Shown here piece by piece: positions 19,915 through 30,404 of a stretch of DNA of 64,000 nt. The DNA is from an uncultured Cryomorphaceae bacterium (GTDB lineage Bacteria > Bacteroidota > Bacteroidia > Flavobacteriales > Schleiferiaceae): NCBI GenBank assembly GCA_913049845.1, contig CAJWZE010000001.1, forward strand, positions 19,765-83,764, read 5' to 3'. The notes beneath the pieces were generated by a model. It was not told where the DNA came from. It saw only the letters and a program-made list of their open reading frames with translations, and searched no databases. The position numbers and the translations under genes were made by a program. How positions within the stretch are numbered: the first letter of the stretch is position 1; each line of letters starts with the position of its first letter.

Positions 19915-20733
19915 ATGGATAGCAAGAGAGTATTGTTTATCTCACAGGAAATTCACCCATACCTACCTGAGAACAAGATTTCAAGCACAACTTTAGCGCT
20001 AGCTAAGAAAACGAATAATAGTGGCCATCAGGTACGCGTTTTTATGCCTCGTTTTGGGGTGATTAATGAACGTCGTCACCAGTTGCACGAGGTTATCCGC
20101 TTGAGCGGTATGAATGTAGTGATTAATGACATGGACATGCCGTTGATCATTAAGGTTGCTTCGGTTCCTGGAGCACGCATGCAAGTCTATTTCATCGATA
20201 ACGAGGAATATTTCAAGCGCAAGTTTACCTACACGGACGCTGACGGTAAATACTTTGAGGATAACGATGAACGTACTCTGTTCTTCTCTAAAGGGGCTAT
20301 TGATACTGTTGAAAAACTAGGGTGGAAGCCAGATGTTATACATGTTCATGGCTGGATGTCGGCCTTAGTACCATTGTATTTAAAGCTCTTCCAAAGTGAG
20401 AATCATATTTTTAAGGACGCCAAAGTAATTTTCTCTGCTTACGACAATGGCTTTGAGGGAACTTTAGGTCCAAATTTGAAAGCGGGGATGGAGTTTGATG
20501 AAATTGATCCTTCTTTGACTGATAGTTTGGAAAAACCCACGAGTGTTGACCTTCAAAAATTAGCCGCCAAATATTCGGATATACTTATCCTTGGAGAGGA
20601 AAATACGGCTGAGGTTGCAGAATATGCAAAATCTATCGGTGTCGAGGTAGTTGATGGTTCGTCATTCATAGATGAGCCAGAAGAAGCCATTAAGGTGTAC
20701 GAATCTCTCCTTGTTGAAAGCGATGCCGAATAA
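19915..20733 (+). CDS. Short glycogen/starch-synthase-like protein (N-terminal Glyco_transf_5-type half only)
   Basis: VLFISQEIHPY...GHQVRVFMPRFG...HVHGWMSAL matches the GlgA N-domain pattern. The ORF is only 272 aa and has no C-terminal GT-B half. Confidence 0.7.
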   Translation: MDSKRVLFISQEIHPYLPENKISSTTLALAKKTNNSGHQVRVFMPRFGVINERRHQLHEVIRLSGMNVVINDMDMPLIIKVASVPGARMQVYFIDNEEYFKRKFTYTDADGKYFEDNDERTLFFSKGAIDTVEKLGWKPDVIHVHGWMSALVPLYLKLFQSENHIFKDAKVIFSAYDNGFEGTLGPNLKAGMEFDEIDPSLTDSLEKPTSVDLQKLAAKYSDILILGEENTAEVAEYAKSIGVEVVDGSSFIDEPEEAIKVYESLLVESDAE

Positions 20734-22036
20734 ATTCTGTTTAGCCCTAAGCCTAATTATTGCAGTTGCACTTATCACTTCATGTGAGAAAAGTAACGGC
20801 TCTATTGGTTCAGGTAAGTTTATTGATGACCGACCTGAGTTGGGAGAAAAACTTTCTTTTCCAGTAGTATCGTATACCCAAAGTTGGGATAGTATCAGTA
20901 CTAAAAACCCTGCACAGGTTATTTTGGGAAATTATGAAGATCCTATTTTTGGTCGCACAAACGCCTCTTTTTTTACTCGCATCCTTTTGTCTAAATCGTC
21001 CCCAGACTTTGGTGAAGGAACTATCTGTGATTCGGTAAAATTCCGTGTAGCTTACTCTAGCTATTACGGTGTGGAAGGCGATGAAATTGGTCTTAAGGTA
21101 TATCCTATGCTCGTTGAGCAATATGATTCCATATCCTATTTTTCAAATCGTGTTATGAACTATGGTCCAGCTATAGCGGATTCTAATTTGGTTTTAGGTC
21201 CACGAGATACCATAGATAATGGTGTGGACACTTTAGTTGGGTATTTGTCTTTTGATGCGGACCCTTCGTATTTCCAAGCCAACATTTTTGATGCGGCTAT
21301 AAACGGTGCTAGCCATTTCGCTGATAATGCAGATTTCGTTAAGCAGGTACCTGGACTCTATTTTACAGACGAGGGCGCAGGCTCTACGATTGCAGGTTAC
21401 TTCAACTTAGAAGCCTCTGGTTCGCTCATTCAACTCTACTACCACACAGGAATAGACGATACCATCGCAAAGGTGTTTAACCTTACATTTGGCCAAAATT
21501 TTGGCGACCCTACGTTGAGTTATAACCTATTTTCGAACGATTATGCTAATGCTCAGTTTGATTTAGACATAATTGACACACTCAACGGTGAAGTACTGAC
21601 TTACATTCAGGGTGGCTCAGGCGTTCGTACGTTTTTGAAGTTCCCGTATTTAGATACGCTTATAGGCAAAGGCTATTCTATAAATAAAGCAGAACTGTCT
21701 TTTGACGTGCTTCAGGGTACTGCTGGTCAATACCGCTTCCCGGGTTCGTTGATTATTATTCAAGACCAGGATACCGTACAACGCCTAATAAAAGATTACC
21801 TGTCCGACATCACCTCTACAGGCGGTACTGTTGCAAGAACGGATATTAGGGAGTTCAATTACACCTTCAATGTGACCCGTATGGTACACGACTTCGTAAA
21901 CGATAGAGAAGATATCCTACCTGTGTTCTTAGCACCTTCTTCGAGCAGCAGTAATATTTACCGTGTGGTTTTAGGTGGAGGTATCCACCCGGTTATCCCT
22001 GCTCAATTTAACGTCTTCTATACGCGCAGTAATTAA
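20723..22036 (+). CDS. DUF4270-like lipoprotein (unknown function)
   Basis: The corrected start at ATG 20723 gives MPNKFCLALSLIIAVALITSC (lipobox). It overlaps the upstream stop by 11 nt. Its position between the short glgA-like gene and glmS matches the recalled Bacteroidota synteny. Confidence 0.55.
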   Translation: MPNKFCLALSLIIAVALITSCEKSNGSIGSGKFIDDRPELGEKLSFPVVSYTQSWDSISTKNPAQVILGNYEDPIFGRTNASFFTRILLSKSSPDFGEGTICDSVKFRVAYSSYYGVEGDEIGLKVYPMLVEQYDSISYFSNRVMNYGPAIADSNLVLGPRDTIDNGVDTLVGYLSFDADPSYFQANIFDAAINGASHFADNADFVKQVPGLYFTDEGAGSTIAGYFNLEASGSLIQLYYHTGIDDTIAKVFNLTFGQNFGDPTLSYNLFSNDYANAQFDLDIIDTLNGEVLTYIQGGSGVRTFLKFPYLDTLIGKGYSINKAELSFDVLQGTAGQYRFPGSLIIIQDQDTVQRLIKDYLSDITSTGGTVARTDIREFNYTFNVTRMVHDFVNDREDILPVFLAPSSSSSNIYRVVLGGGIHPVIPAQFNVFYTRSN

Positions 22037-22080
22037 GAAGCGTTACTTTTATGTAGCTAACCAAATAAACCAATTTAATT

Positions 22081-23925
22081 ATGTGTGGTATTGTAGGATA
22101 CGTGGGAGACCGCAATGCGTTTCCCATTCTAGTCAACGGCCTCAAGCGATTGGAGTATCGTGGTTACGACAGCTCGGGTGTAGCACTAGCGCAGAACGGT
22201 GAAATCACCCTATACAAAAAACAAGGCATGGTTAAAGCTATGGAGGAATTTGCCCTTGCCGGTGATACTTCTGGCTCAACAGGTATTGCCCACACTCGCT
22301 GGGCGACTCACGGTCAACCTTCGGATAAAAACGCACACCCACACGTAAGCAACTCGGGCAATCTTGTTTTGGTGCACAACGGTATTATCGAGAACTACCA
22401 AGCGCTGAAGGAATTACTCCAAGACAATGGTTTTGAATTTCACAGTGAAACGGATACTGAAGTTCTCGTCAACTTTATTCAGTTCATTCAAGATCAAGAA
22501 CATTGTAAACTTAGAAAGGCTGTCCGTATCGCTTTGACTCAAGTTACCGGAGCCTACGCAATTTGTATTTACGATAAAAACAAGCCCGAAGAAGTAGTAG
22601 TTGCCAAGCTAGGGTCCCCGCTAGTAGTGGGTTTGGGTATTAATGAAAAGTTTATCGGTTCTGATGCGACCCCGTTCTTGGAATACACAAAGGATGCTAT
22701 TTATCTAGAGGACGGAGAAATGGCCACGCTTACGGCCAAAGGCGAAATCGATATTCGATTAATTGAGAGTGATAGGGCTGTAAATACTCAGGCACACAAG
22801 CTACAGATGGACCTTGAAAGTATTGAGAAGGGCGGTTATGATTATTTTATGATGAAGGAGATATACGAGCAGCCTCGTGCCATTTATGACAGCTTCCGTG
22901 GTCGCCTCTTGGCAGAGCAAGGGATAATCAAGATGAGCGGATTGGAAGAATATGCCGACCGTTTTCGTAATGCTGATCGCATTATCATGACGGCATGTGG
23001 TACTTCTTGGCACAGTGCACTAGTTGCTGAGTATTTGTTCGAGGAATTTGCACGTATCCCCGTAGAGGTTGAATACGGATCTGAGTTTAGATACCGTAAC
23101 CCTATTATACATAAAAATGATGTGGTTATCGCCATTTCCCAAAGTGGGGAAACGGCAGATACGCTCGCTGCAATTAAAATGGCGAAAGAAGCTGGTGCGA
23201 TGGTCTTTGGTATCTGTAATGTACCTGGTTCAACTATTGCTCGCGAGACGCATGCCGGAGCATATACTCATGCAGGACCTGAGATTGGTGTGGCTTCAAC
23301 CAAGGCCTTTACCTCTCAAGTAACTGTGCTTACTATGATGGCCCTCGAGCTGGGTAAGATTCGCGGCGAATTTTCAACCTCGCAATACCGTGCGCTGTTG
23401 AATGAGTTAAGTGTCATTCCTAAAAAAGTGGAGAAGGTACTAGAGTCGAAAGAACTAGTTAAAGAGATTTCTGCACTTTACAAGGATGCTAGTAATGTCC
23501 TCTACTTGGGTCGCGGGGTCAACTTCCCTATTGCCTTAGAAGGCGCATTAAAGCTTAAAGAAATTTCATACATCCACGCAGAGGGTTATCCAGCTGCTGA
23601 AATGAAGCACGGCCCGATCGCGCTCATTGATGAAAATATGCCTGTAATCGTAGTTGCTCCTAATGCGGGACATTACGAAAAACTGGTAAGTAACGTTCAA
23701 GAGGTAAAAGCGCGTCACGGTAAGGTGATCGCAGTAGTGACTGAAGGCGATACTGAGATTGTTCAGAGTGCCGATCACGTGATTGAAATACCGGAAACAC
23801 TCGAAGCACTTACGCCACTACTGACTGTGATTCCACTTCAACTCTTGAGCTACTACATCGCTGTGATGAGAGGCTGTGATGTAGATCGTCCACGCAATCT
23901 CGCGAAATCGGTTACCGTGGAGTAA
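22081..23925 (+). CDS. glmS: Glutamine--fructose-6-phosphate aminotransferase
   Basis: MCGIVGY N-terminal nucleophile, two SIS domains and the C-terminal AKSVTVE. 614 aa. Confidence 0.95.
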   Translation: MCGIVGYVGDRNAFPILVNGLKRLEYRGYDSSGVALAQNGEITLYKKQGMVKAMEEFALAGDTSGSTGIAHTRWATHGQPSDKNAHPHVSNSGNLVLVHNGIIENYQALKELLQDNGFEFHSETDTEVLVNFIQFIQDQEHCKLRKAVRIALTQVTGAYAICIYDKNKPEEVVVAKLGSPLVVGLGINEKFIGSDATPFLEYTKDAIYLEDGEMATLTAKGEIDIRLIESDRAVNTQAHKLQMDLESIEKGGYDYFMMKEIYEQPRAIYDSFRGRLLAEQGIIKMSGLEEYADRFRNADRIIMTACGTSWHSALVAEYLFEEFARIPVEVEYGSEFRYRNPIIHKNDVVIAISQSGETADTLAAIKMAKEAGAMVFGICNVPGSTIARETHAGAYTHAGPEIGVASTKAFTSQVTVLTMMALELGKIRGEFSTSQYRALLNELSVIPKKVEKVLESKELVKEISALYKDASNVLYLGRGVNFPIALEGALKLKEISYIHAEGYPAAEMKHGPIALIDENMPVIVVAPNAGHYEKLVSNVQEVKARHGKVIAVVTEGDTEIVQSADHVIEIPETLEALTPLLTVIPLQLLSYYIAVMRGCDVDRPRNLAKSVTVE

Positions 23926-24040
23926 CAGAATATAATTACCCTGGACGAACTCGACTGAATTGGGACGGGAAAGCAATGAAAATTACAAATTATAAACTCG
24001 CCAACGCTTGGGAAATATAACAAACACAATACGTAAGAAT

Positions 24041-27000
24041 ATGAAGCTAATGAAGCTCTTTGTCGCAGCAGTATTTGCGGCAATGTGGAATACTTCCTAT
24101 GCCCAGGAAGAGCCAAAGTCCACCTTAGAACAGGTGATGGAAAAGATGGAACCGCGCAACATCGGTCCAGCAGGGATGAGTGGTCGTGTGACCTGCATCG
24201 CTGTGCATCCAGACCGTCCAACAACTATTTACGCGGGAGCCGCGAGTGGTGGATTGTGGGTGAGCGAAAATAACGGCCAAACGTGGTCGCCGATTTTTGA
24301 AAACGAAGCTGTTGCTTCTGTAGGTGCCATAGCCATTGACCCAAAACATGCAGACATTATTTATTTGGGTACCGGGGAAGGAAACCCTCGTAACTCTCAA
24401 ACTAGTGGTTATGGATTGTATAAATCTTACGATGGCGGAGCCAATTGGGAACTCCTAGGCCTCGAAGAAACCCGCACTATTCATCGTATTATCATCAACC
24501 CAGAAAATACGGACGAAGTATTTGTAGGTGCTACTGGTGTCGCTTGGGGCGAAGGACCGCGGGGTGTATTCAAATCGACCGATGGTGGTAAGACTTGGGA
24601 CAAATCATTGTACATCGACGCCAAGACAGGTGCCGGTGACCTAGTAATGGATCCAAGCAATCCTAAAAAGTTGATTGCAGCCATTTGGGAATATCGCAGA
24701 TGGCCGTGGTTCTTTAAGAGTGGGGGTCCATCTTCAGGATTGTACATCACGTACGACGGAGGTGAAAACTGGAAGAAGATGACCGAAAAGGAAGGTCTTC
24801 CGAAAGGCGATTTGGGCCGTATGGGTCTAGCAATCTCACCATCGAACCCAAACAAGCTATACGCACTAATTGAAACGGGTAAGAAGAACGGTTTGTACGC
24901 AAGTTCTAACGGCGGTGCAAAGTGGTACAAGGTGAGCGAAGACGAGCAGACGGGTAATCGTCCGTTCTACTACGCAGATCTTCGTGTAGACCCACAAAAC
25001 GAAGATCGGATTTACTCGTTGTGGACGTATGTCACGCGCAGTGATGACGGTGGTAAGTCTTGGAAGACAATCACGCCATACAGCACAGTGCATCCTGATC
25101 ACCACGCTATGTGGATAGACCCGGTAAACCCATCTCACGTGATTGAAGGAAATGATGGGGGTATGAACATCTCGTACGACTATGGAGAGACTTGGTATTT
25201 TGTAGAGAATCTGCCGCTGGCGCAGTTCTACCACATCAATGTGGACGATCATCTGCCGTACAATGTATACGGTGGTATGCAGGACAACGGTTCATGGATG
25301 GGACCAGCGTATAGTTTGACTGTGGACGGTATCCGTAACGAAGAGTGGAGCGAGCTGTTCTTTGGTGACGGCTTTGATGTGGTTCCGGTACCGGGCCGTA
25401 CGGATGCAGTATATGCCCAGAGCCAGGAAGGGAATGTTGGTCTAGTCAATACCAATACAGGCTACAGCGAGTTGATAAAGCCGGTGCATCCTGAAGGCGA
25501 GAAATTGCGTTTTCACTGGAATGCACCTATTGCTCTAGACCCATTCGCGCCAGAGACGTCATTGTACTTTGGTTCTCAGTACATCCATAAAAGTACAGAT
25601 AATGGAAAGAACTGGACCATTATTAGTCCAGACTTAACGACCAACGATCCTGATAAGCAAAAGCAGTTGGAGAGTGGTGGTCTCACTTATGATGTAACCG
25701 GTGCGGAAAATCACACTTGTATCATTGCTATTGCGCCATCACCGCTAGATCAGAATGAGATTTGGAGTGGTTCGGACGACGGTAAATTGCACGTGACCAC
25801 CGATGGCGGGGCCAATTGGACTGACCTTAGTAAGAAGCTTAAGGGCATACCGCAGGGTGCCTGGATTCCACAAATTCGTGCCTCAGAGTACGAAAAGGGA
25901 ACTGCTTGGGTAGTGGTGAATGACTACCGCCGCAACAACTGGAGTGCGTACCTCTATAGAGTCGAAGATTACGGTAAGAAAGTAACACGTGTGGTGGACG
26001 ACAGTGATATTTTCGGTCCAGTCCTGAGCGTCTTACAAGACCCTGTGGAGCCCAATTTACTTTGGGTAGGTGGTGAGTACGGCTTGTATGTAAGTACCAA
26101 CGATGGCGGCACCTTCCAGAAATGGGATAAGAACATGCCGACGGTACAAGTGATGGACCTGGCCTTCCAAAGGAGAGAAAAGGACCTTGTATTAGGAACC
26201 TTTGGTCGTGGCGCATGGGTGTTAGATGATGTTGAGCCATTACGTCAATTAGCCGCCGCAAATGACTTCAGCGAACCGACCTTCTTCAAACCACCTACGG
26301 CCTTTCAATGGGAGCGCAAGCAGAGCCCAGGGGTACGCTTCGCAGCAAGTGCCACCTTCCGTGGTGAGAACCGTCCGTTTGGCGCGCGTTTTAAGGCCTA
26401 TTTGCCAGAAGTTGCAGAGGACAACAAGAAGAAGATGCGTGTCGATTATCAAGACGCATCAGGCGATACCATCTACACGCAGTACGTAAAGGTGAAAGAA
26501 GGATTAAACAGCTGGCGCTGGGCTATGTGGCAAAGGGGTCAGCGCTACCCACAGTTCAAGATTCGTCAGGAGAAAGAGCAGCAGAGCGATCCTCGAGGCG
26601 CAACCGTAATGCCTGGTACCTTTAAAGTGACCATAAGCTTTGATGATGTCGTAGCTTCTCAAGAATTAGAGATCCGCCAAGACCCACGCATGACTTCATG
26701 GGTGAGTATGGAAGATCTTGCTTCGCGCCAAGAATATTTCAAAGGTATTGAGGCGATTGAAGCCGATTTGGATGTTGCTGTGCAGAAATTGGCTCGTGCG
26801 AATCAGAATATTGAGAGCCTACAGAAACTGTTGAAAACGGAGGTATACAAGAACGATTCAACTTTAGCTGCCAACGTGAAAGCCACGGCGAAAGCTTTGG
26901 AAGAGGTGCGTCACGGTATCTTTGGTAAGAAGGAGACGAAGGGATACTTTGAGCAGCCTGAAGTGTGGTCGAACCAATGGAGTGGCTCATTGTGGCAGTT

Positions 27001-27175
27001 GGTAAGTTCACAGCGTGCTTGGGAGAGCAACGAAAAAAACTTGTTCAACAACCTTAAGAAGCGCACAGAAGAGGCAAAGGTTTCAGTTAACACTTTCCTT
27101 GATAAAGACTACAAAGCCTTGATGGAATACCTCGAGGCCAACCCTGTAGACTTTATGATGCCGTTGGGGGATTAA
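24041..27175 (+). CDS. BNR/Asp-box repeat protein (sortilin/VPS10-like, glycosyl-hydrolase-like), secreted
   Basis: The corrected start gives the signal peptide MKLMKLFVAAVFAAMWNTSYAQ. At least 9 Asp-box motifs S-x-D-x-G-x-T-W are present (SENNGQTW, SYDGGANW, STDGGKTW, TYDGGENW, SDDGGKSW, SYDYGETW, STDNGKNW, TTDGGANW and others). Confidence 0.8.
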   Translation: MKLMKLFVAAVFAAMWNTSYAQEEPKSTLEQVMEKMEPRNIGPAGMSGRVTCIAVHPDRPTTIYAGAASGGLWVSENNGQTWSPIFENEAVASVGAIAIDPKHADIIYLGTGEGNPRNSQTSGYGLYKSYDGGANWELLGLEETRTIHRIIINPENTDEVFVGATGVAWGEGPRGVFKSTDGGKTWDKSLYIDAKTGAGDLVMDPSNPKKLIAAIWEYRRWPWFFKSGGPSSGLYITYDGGENWKKMTEKEGLPKGDLGRMGLAISPSNPNKLYALIETGKKNGLYASSNGGAKWYKVSEDEQTGNRPFYYADLRVDPQNEDRIYSLWTYVTRSDDGGKSWKTITPYSTVHPDHHAMWIDPVNPSHVIEGNDGGMNISYDYGETWYFVENLPLAQFYHINVDDHLPYNVYGGMQDNGSWMGPAYSLTVDGIRNEEWSELFFGDGFDVVPVPGRTDAVYAQSQEGNVGLVNTNTGYSELIKPVHPEGEKLRFHWNAPIALDPFAPETSLYFGSQYIHKSTDNGKNWTIISPDLTTNDPDKQKQLESGGLTYDVTGAENHTCIIAIAPSPLDQNEIWSGSDDGKLHVTTDGGANWTDLSKKLKGIPQGAWIPQIRASEYEKGTAWVVVNDYRRNNWSAYLYRVEDYGKKVTRVVDDSDIFGPVLSVLQDPVEPNLLWVGGEYGLYVSTNDGGTFQKWDKNMPTVQVMDLAFQRREKDLVLGTFGRGAWVLDDVEPLRQLAAANDFSEPTFFKPPTAFQWERKQSPGVRFAASATFRGENRPFGARFKAYLPEVAEDNKKKMRVDYQDASGDTIYTQYVKVKEGLNSWRWAMWQRGQRYPQFKIRQEKEQQSDPRGATVMPGTFKVTISFDDVVASQELEIRQDPRMTSWVSMEDLASRQEYFKGIEAIEADLDVAVQKLARANQNIESLQKLLKTEVYKNDSTLAANVKATAKALEEVRHGIFGKKETKGYFEQPEVWSNQWSGSLWQLVSSQRAWESNEKNLFNNLKKRTEEAKVSVNTFLDKDYKALMEYLEANPVDFMMPLGD

Positions 27176-27194
27176 GTACTAACTAGCGGATATT

Positions 27195-27232
27195 AAAAAA
27201 AACCCTCCGGGCTCAGCCCGCACAGGTTTTTT
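27195..27232. terminator. Candidate bidirectional terminator (A8 - imperfect GC hairpin - T6)
   Basis: aaaaaaaaccctccgggctcagcccgcacaggtttttt lies between convergent genes. Confidence 0.45.
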
Positions 27233-27239
27233 AAGGATA

Positions 27240-27266
27240 CCTCAGCGCTGCGACGCGGCGCTGAGG
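27240..27266. terminator. Second hairpin between the convergent genes
   Basis: Perfect 9-bp stem cctcagcgc / gcgctgagg with a 9-nt loop, followed by a T-rich stretch. Confidence 0.5.
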
Positions 27267-27279
27267 CTTTTACTTTCTT

Positions 27280-29295
27280 TTACTGAATTATGATAGGCTT
27301 GCGCACCGTACCTGCCTGGAATATGTAATATCCTGCGGCAGTTTCGATGTCGATAGTATGCTCAGTGTTCAATTGACCCTCCAGAATCAATCGGCCATCA
27401 ACACTAATAATAGTATAGTCGGTACCCACAGGAAGGCCTTCAACACCAAACGAACCGCTTGAAGGATTAGGGTAAAGGGTGATATTCTTCGCCGTGAATT
27501 CCTCAGTATCCAACACAGTGGTCAATTGGAAATCGTCTAAGAAGGCATTATTTCCACCGCCCGAGATGAAGTCTACTTTAATCATAATTGGTGCTGAACC
27601 AACGTAATCACTTATGTCAATATTAATGCTTCTCCAGTTGTTTTGTGAACCTGGGTTCCAAGGATTGGCCTTATTCGTAGTTGCATACAGAAGCGGTCCT
27701 AAAAGGGTACGAACGCTGCTCCACGTATTTCCACAATCTTGGCTCACACTCACTACAATGCGGTCACCGGCAAACCCTGGTTTACTCGCCACAGCATATT
27801 TAAAGCTGAAGTTCATACTCTTTGCACCGCCCACATAAATATTATCTGTAATCAAAGCATCGGTATTGTCTGCTACATTATTGTAGTTGTCCAATTTCAC
27901 ACAATAAGCGCCTTCATAATAATTGAAGTTATTGCGTTGCCACCTGATGTTGTCTCCGTCTGGATTCTCTACGTGCCAAGTCCCATTTGGTACCGTATTA
28001 AACTCAAAGCCCGAGTTAAAGCCATTGACCCATATACCTGGGTTGTTGCGACGAACACTCACGTATCCTGTTTGAAGGAGGGTGCTTGTGCCGTTGCTAT
28101 TGGTCACTTCAAGTTTCACGTTATAGTTCCCGGGGCTGTTGTAAGTCACTGTTGGATTTTCTATAGTAGAACTGTTAGGTGTACCCCCTGGGAAGTTCCA
28201 TTTCCAAGACGTAGGGTTTCCAAAGGTGCTCTTGTCCGTGAACTGAATGGTTGCACCTGCACAGAATACCGCTTGGTCGGCATCAAAGTTTGCTTCTGGC
28301 GCACACGGCAGCACCGCATTCGCAGCAAGACCTGTATTGCTTGCATTTGTGCTCGTCACCAAATACCCTCTTCGATTAGAAATGTTCAGGTTGCTACGCA
28401 TAATGGTACGCTGATTTTCGGTGAACATATTCGTACAAATATCATCTGCATAGTCCATGTAGTTCTCTATCTGATCTGGCAGGTTGGGGTTGTCGTTCGA
28501 ACATGTGTTTGCGTTGAGGTTACAACCAAAGCTTGCTTCGCTTACCGGTGGTGTATCTGAACAGTTGTCTCCTGCAAAACATCCGCCTTTAAATGGGTGA
28601 TCTAGTCCGAGGTAATGCCCTACCTCGTGGGTAAGTGTGCGGCCCGCAGAATTACCTGTGCCTATTCTACCCATACGATCATGACGAATAACTACACCAT
28701 CAAAAGTGGTGCTTTGCCCTGGGTTAGGCTTGTAGGCATATCCTAAGACTGTTCCTTGACCCGAGCTTCCGATATTGATGCTATTTACTACCCAAATATT
28801 AAGGTACTTATTATTCGGCCAGCTCACCAGTCCTTTTACGCTGTTGCTCGCGTTTACGCTGAGCGCACTTTGCTTTCTCGTGATTCCTGAAGTACAATTT
28901 CCTTGTGGGTTAATTTTGGCCAATTCAAATTGAATTTCACAATCTGCAGCCACGCCCAAGAATGCAGAACGAGTATCGACCGTATCGGCGTTTAGACGTC
29001 TGAAATCTTCGTTAATTACAGCGATGGCATCTTTGACTTGTTTGTCGCTAATATTATCGCCTGCATCGTCGTAAATAATATGGACAACCACAGGGATTTT
29101 AAAAACGGTCGCTTCTGGGGCGTTTGCAGCGTCAAAACGAACGCTTTCAATGAACTCTTGTTCTGCACTTTCGTAGTTTGGATAGAGGCGCTTTACTTCA
29201 CTTTCTAAGTAGTCGTGTCCACATTTTTGTCCGTATACAGCACTAGAAATCAGTACTGAAACAATAATTAGGAGTCTTCTGATGTATTTTTGCAT
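27280..29295 (-). CDS. M43 (pappalysin/cytophagalysin-like) zinc metalloprotease with a PKD domain and a T9SS C-terminal sorting domain
   Basis: The corrected start (ATG at 29295) gives the signal peptide MQKYIRRLLIIVSVLISSAVYGQ. HEVGHYLGLDHPF is the zinc site. A PKD-like WKWNFPGG...YNVKLEVTNSNG segment is present. The C-terminus is LYPNPSSGSFGVEG...YYIF. Confidence 0.8.
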   Translation of the reverse strand: MQKYIRRLLIIVSVLISSAVYGQKCGHDYLESEVKRLYPNYESAEQEFIESVRFDAANAPEATVFKIPVVVHIIYDDAGDNISDKQVKDAIAVINEDFRRLNADTVDTRSAFLGVAADCEIQFELAKINPQGNCTSGITRKQSALSVNASNSVKGLVSWPNNKYLNIWVVNSINIGSSGQGTVLGYAYKPNPGQSTTFDGVVIRHDRMGRIGTGNSAGRTLTHEVGHYLGLDHPFKGGCFAGDNCSDTPPVSEASFGCNLNANTCSNDNPNLPDQIENYMDYADDICTNMFTENQRTIMRSNLNISNRRGYLVTSTNASNTGLAANAVLPCAPEANFDADQAVFCAGATIQFTDKSTFGNPTSWKWNFPGGTPNSSTIENPTVTYNSPGNYNVKLEVTNSNGTSTLLQTGYVSVRRNNPGIWVNGFNSGFEFNTVPNGTWHVENPDGDNIRWQRNNFNYYEGAYCVKLDNYNNVADNTDALITDNIYVGGAKSMNFSFKYAVASKPGFAGDRIVVSVSQDCGNTWSSVRTLLGPLLYATTNKANPWNPGSQNNWRSINIDISDYVGSAPIMIKVDFISGGGNNAFLDDFQLTTVLDTEEFTAKNITLYPNPSSGSFGVEGLPVGTDYTIISVDGRLILEGQLNTEHTIDIETAAGYYIFQAGTVRKPIIIQ

Positions 29296-29469
29296 GTCGT
29301 GCAATTTCGCAATTAATCTCAATGTTAACAACACAAAAACCGTGCACAGTTCATCGTGTCTATATTTTGTTCTGAGATTTTTGGTTGTTAGGCAAATAAA
29401 GATGTATTTTCGCAGCCCTTTTAGGGGGTTGTGAATAGTAAGCACTTTAAACTTTAAAACGCATCAGCG

Positions 29470-29925
29470 GTGAATACATTAAGTTACAAAACAGTATCAG
29501 CCAACGCGGCAACAGTTGAAAAGAACTGGGTAGTAGTAGATGCAGAAGGCCAAACATTAGGTCGTCTTGCTTCTAGAGTTGCATTGCTTCTTAGAGGCAA
29601 GCGCAAGCCAAACTACACTCCTCACGTAGATTGTGGCGATAACGTAATAATCCTAAACGCGGAGAAGGTTGTTTTGAGCGGAAACAAAATGACTGATAAG
29701 ACGTACGTATGGCACACGGGTTACCCAGGTGGTCAGCGCACGACTAACCCAGAAAATATGATTGAGAAGTTCCCAGAACGGGTCGTTGAGAAAGCGGTTA
29801 AAGGTATGTTGCCAAAGAACCGTTTGGGTGCACAGTTGTTCCGTAATCTTCACGTTTACGCAGGAGCTGAGCATTCGCACGAGGCTCAAAAGCCAACTGC
29901 AATTAATATTAACGAAATCAAATAA
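29470..29925 (+). CDS. rplM: 50S ribosomal protein L13
   Basis: GTG start. [25 protein letters not shown]. Confidence 0.95.
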   Translation: MNTLSYKTVSANAATVEKNWVVVDAEGQTLGRLASRVALLLRGKRKPNYTPHVDCGDNVIILNAEKVVLSGNKMTDKTYVWHTGYPGGQRTTNPENMIEKFPERVVEKAVKGMLPKNRLGAQLFRNLHVYAGAEHSHEAQKPTAININEIK

Positions 29926-29935
29926 GTAATTATAA

Positions 29936-30322
29936 ATGGCAAAGTTTCACGCAATTGGAAGACGTAAAACTTCTGTAGCTCGTGTATACATGGACGAGGG
30001 TGCTGGGAGCATCACAGTAAATGGCAAGGATTACAAGGATTACTTCAACACTGCGCCGTTGCACTACAAGTTAGAGCAGCCATTCACTTTGACAGAGACT
30101 ACAGGTTCTTACGACGTAAAAGTAAACGTTGTAGGCGGTGGTATCACTGGTCAAGCTGAGGCGATTCGCTTGGGTGTTTCTCGTATCCTCTCTGAAATCG
30201 ATACAGAAAACCGTACAGCATTGAAGCCTGCCGGACTACTTACTCGTGACCCACGTATGGTTGAGCGTAAGAAATTCGGTCAGAAGAAAGCACGTAAGAA
30301 ATTCCAATTCTCTAAACGTTAA
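29936..30322 (+). CDS. rpsI: 30S ribosomal protein S9
   Basis: GRRKTSVARV... with a C-terminal KKARKKFQFSKR. 128 aa. Confidence 0.95.
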   Translation: MAKFHAIGRRKTSVARVYMDEGAGSITVNGKDYKDYFNTAPLHYKLEQPFTLTETTGSYDVKVNVVGGGITGQAEAIRLGVSRILSEIDTENRTALKPAGLLTRDPRMVERKKFGQKKARKKFQFSKR

Positions 30323-30404
30323 TCGAGATTTAGTATCCAAATGAGCCAGACTCTTTACAACAGGCTACTGGCACATTGCTTACTAGGAAAGTAAACTCAA
30401 GAAA

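Noticed and set aside
22037-22080. glmS ribozyme upstream of glmS
   Set aside because: Only 44 nt separate the upstream stop from the glmS ATG, which is too short for the approximately 170-nt ribozyme. That element is also not expected in this lineage.
24125-26452. Series of 60-149-aa minus-strand ORFs inside the BNR-repeat gene (24125-24400, 24481-24930, 24866-25252, 25249-25455, 25839-26261, 26249-26452)
   Set aside because: These are antisense shadows of a 1045-aa CDS with repeated Asp-box motifs. Their composition is low-complexity and Arg/Pro/His-rich, and they overlap one another.
27739-28560. 273-aa plus-strand ORF inside the M43 protease gene
   Set aside because: It lies entirely antisense to a well-supported CDS. 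The translation is Cys/His/Ile/Val/Arg-rich with no motif, signal or start context. Its length is explained by the Asn/Thr/Gly/Ser-rich sense codons, which have few stop codons on the opposite strand.
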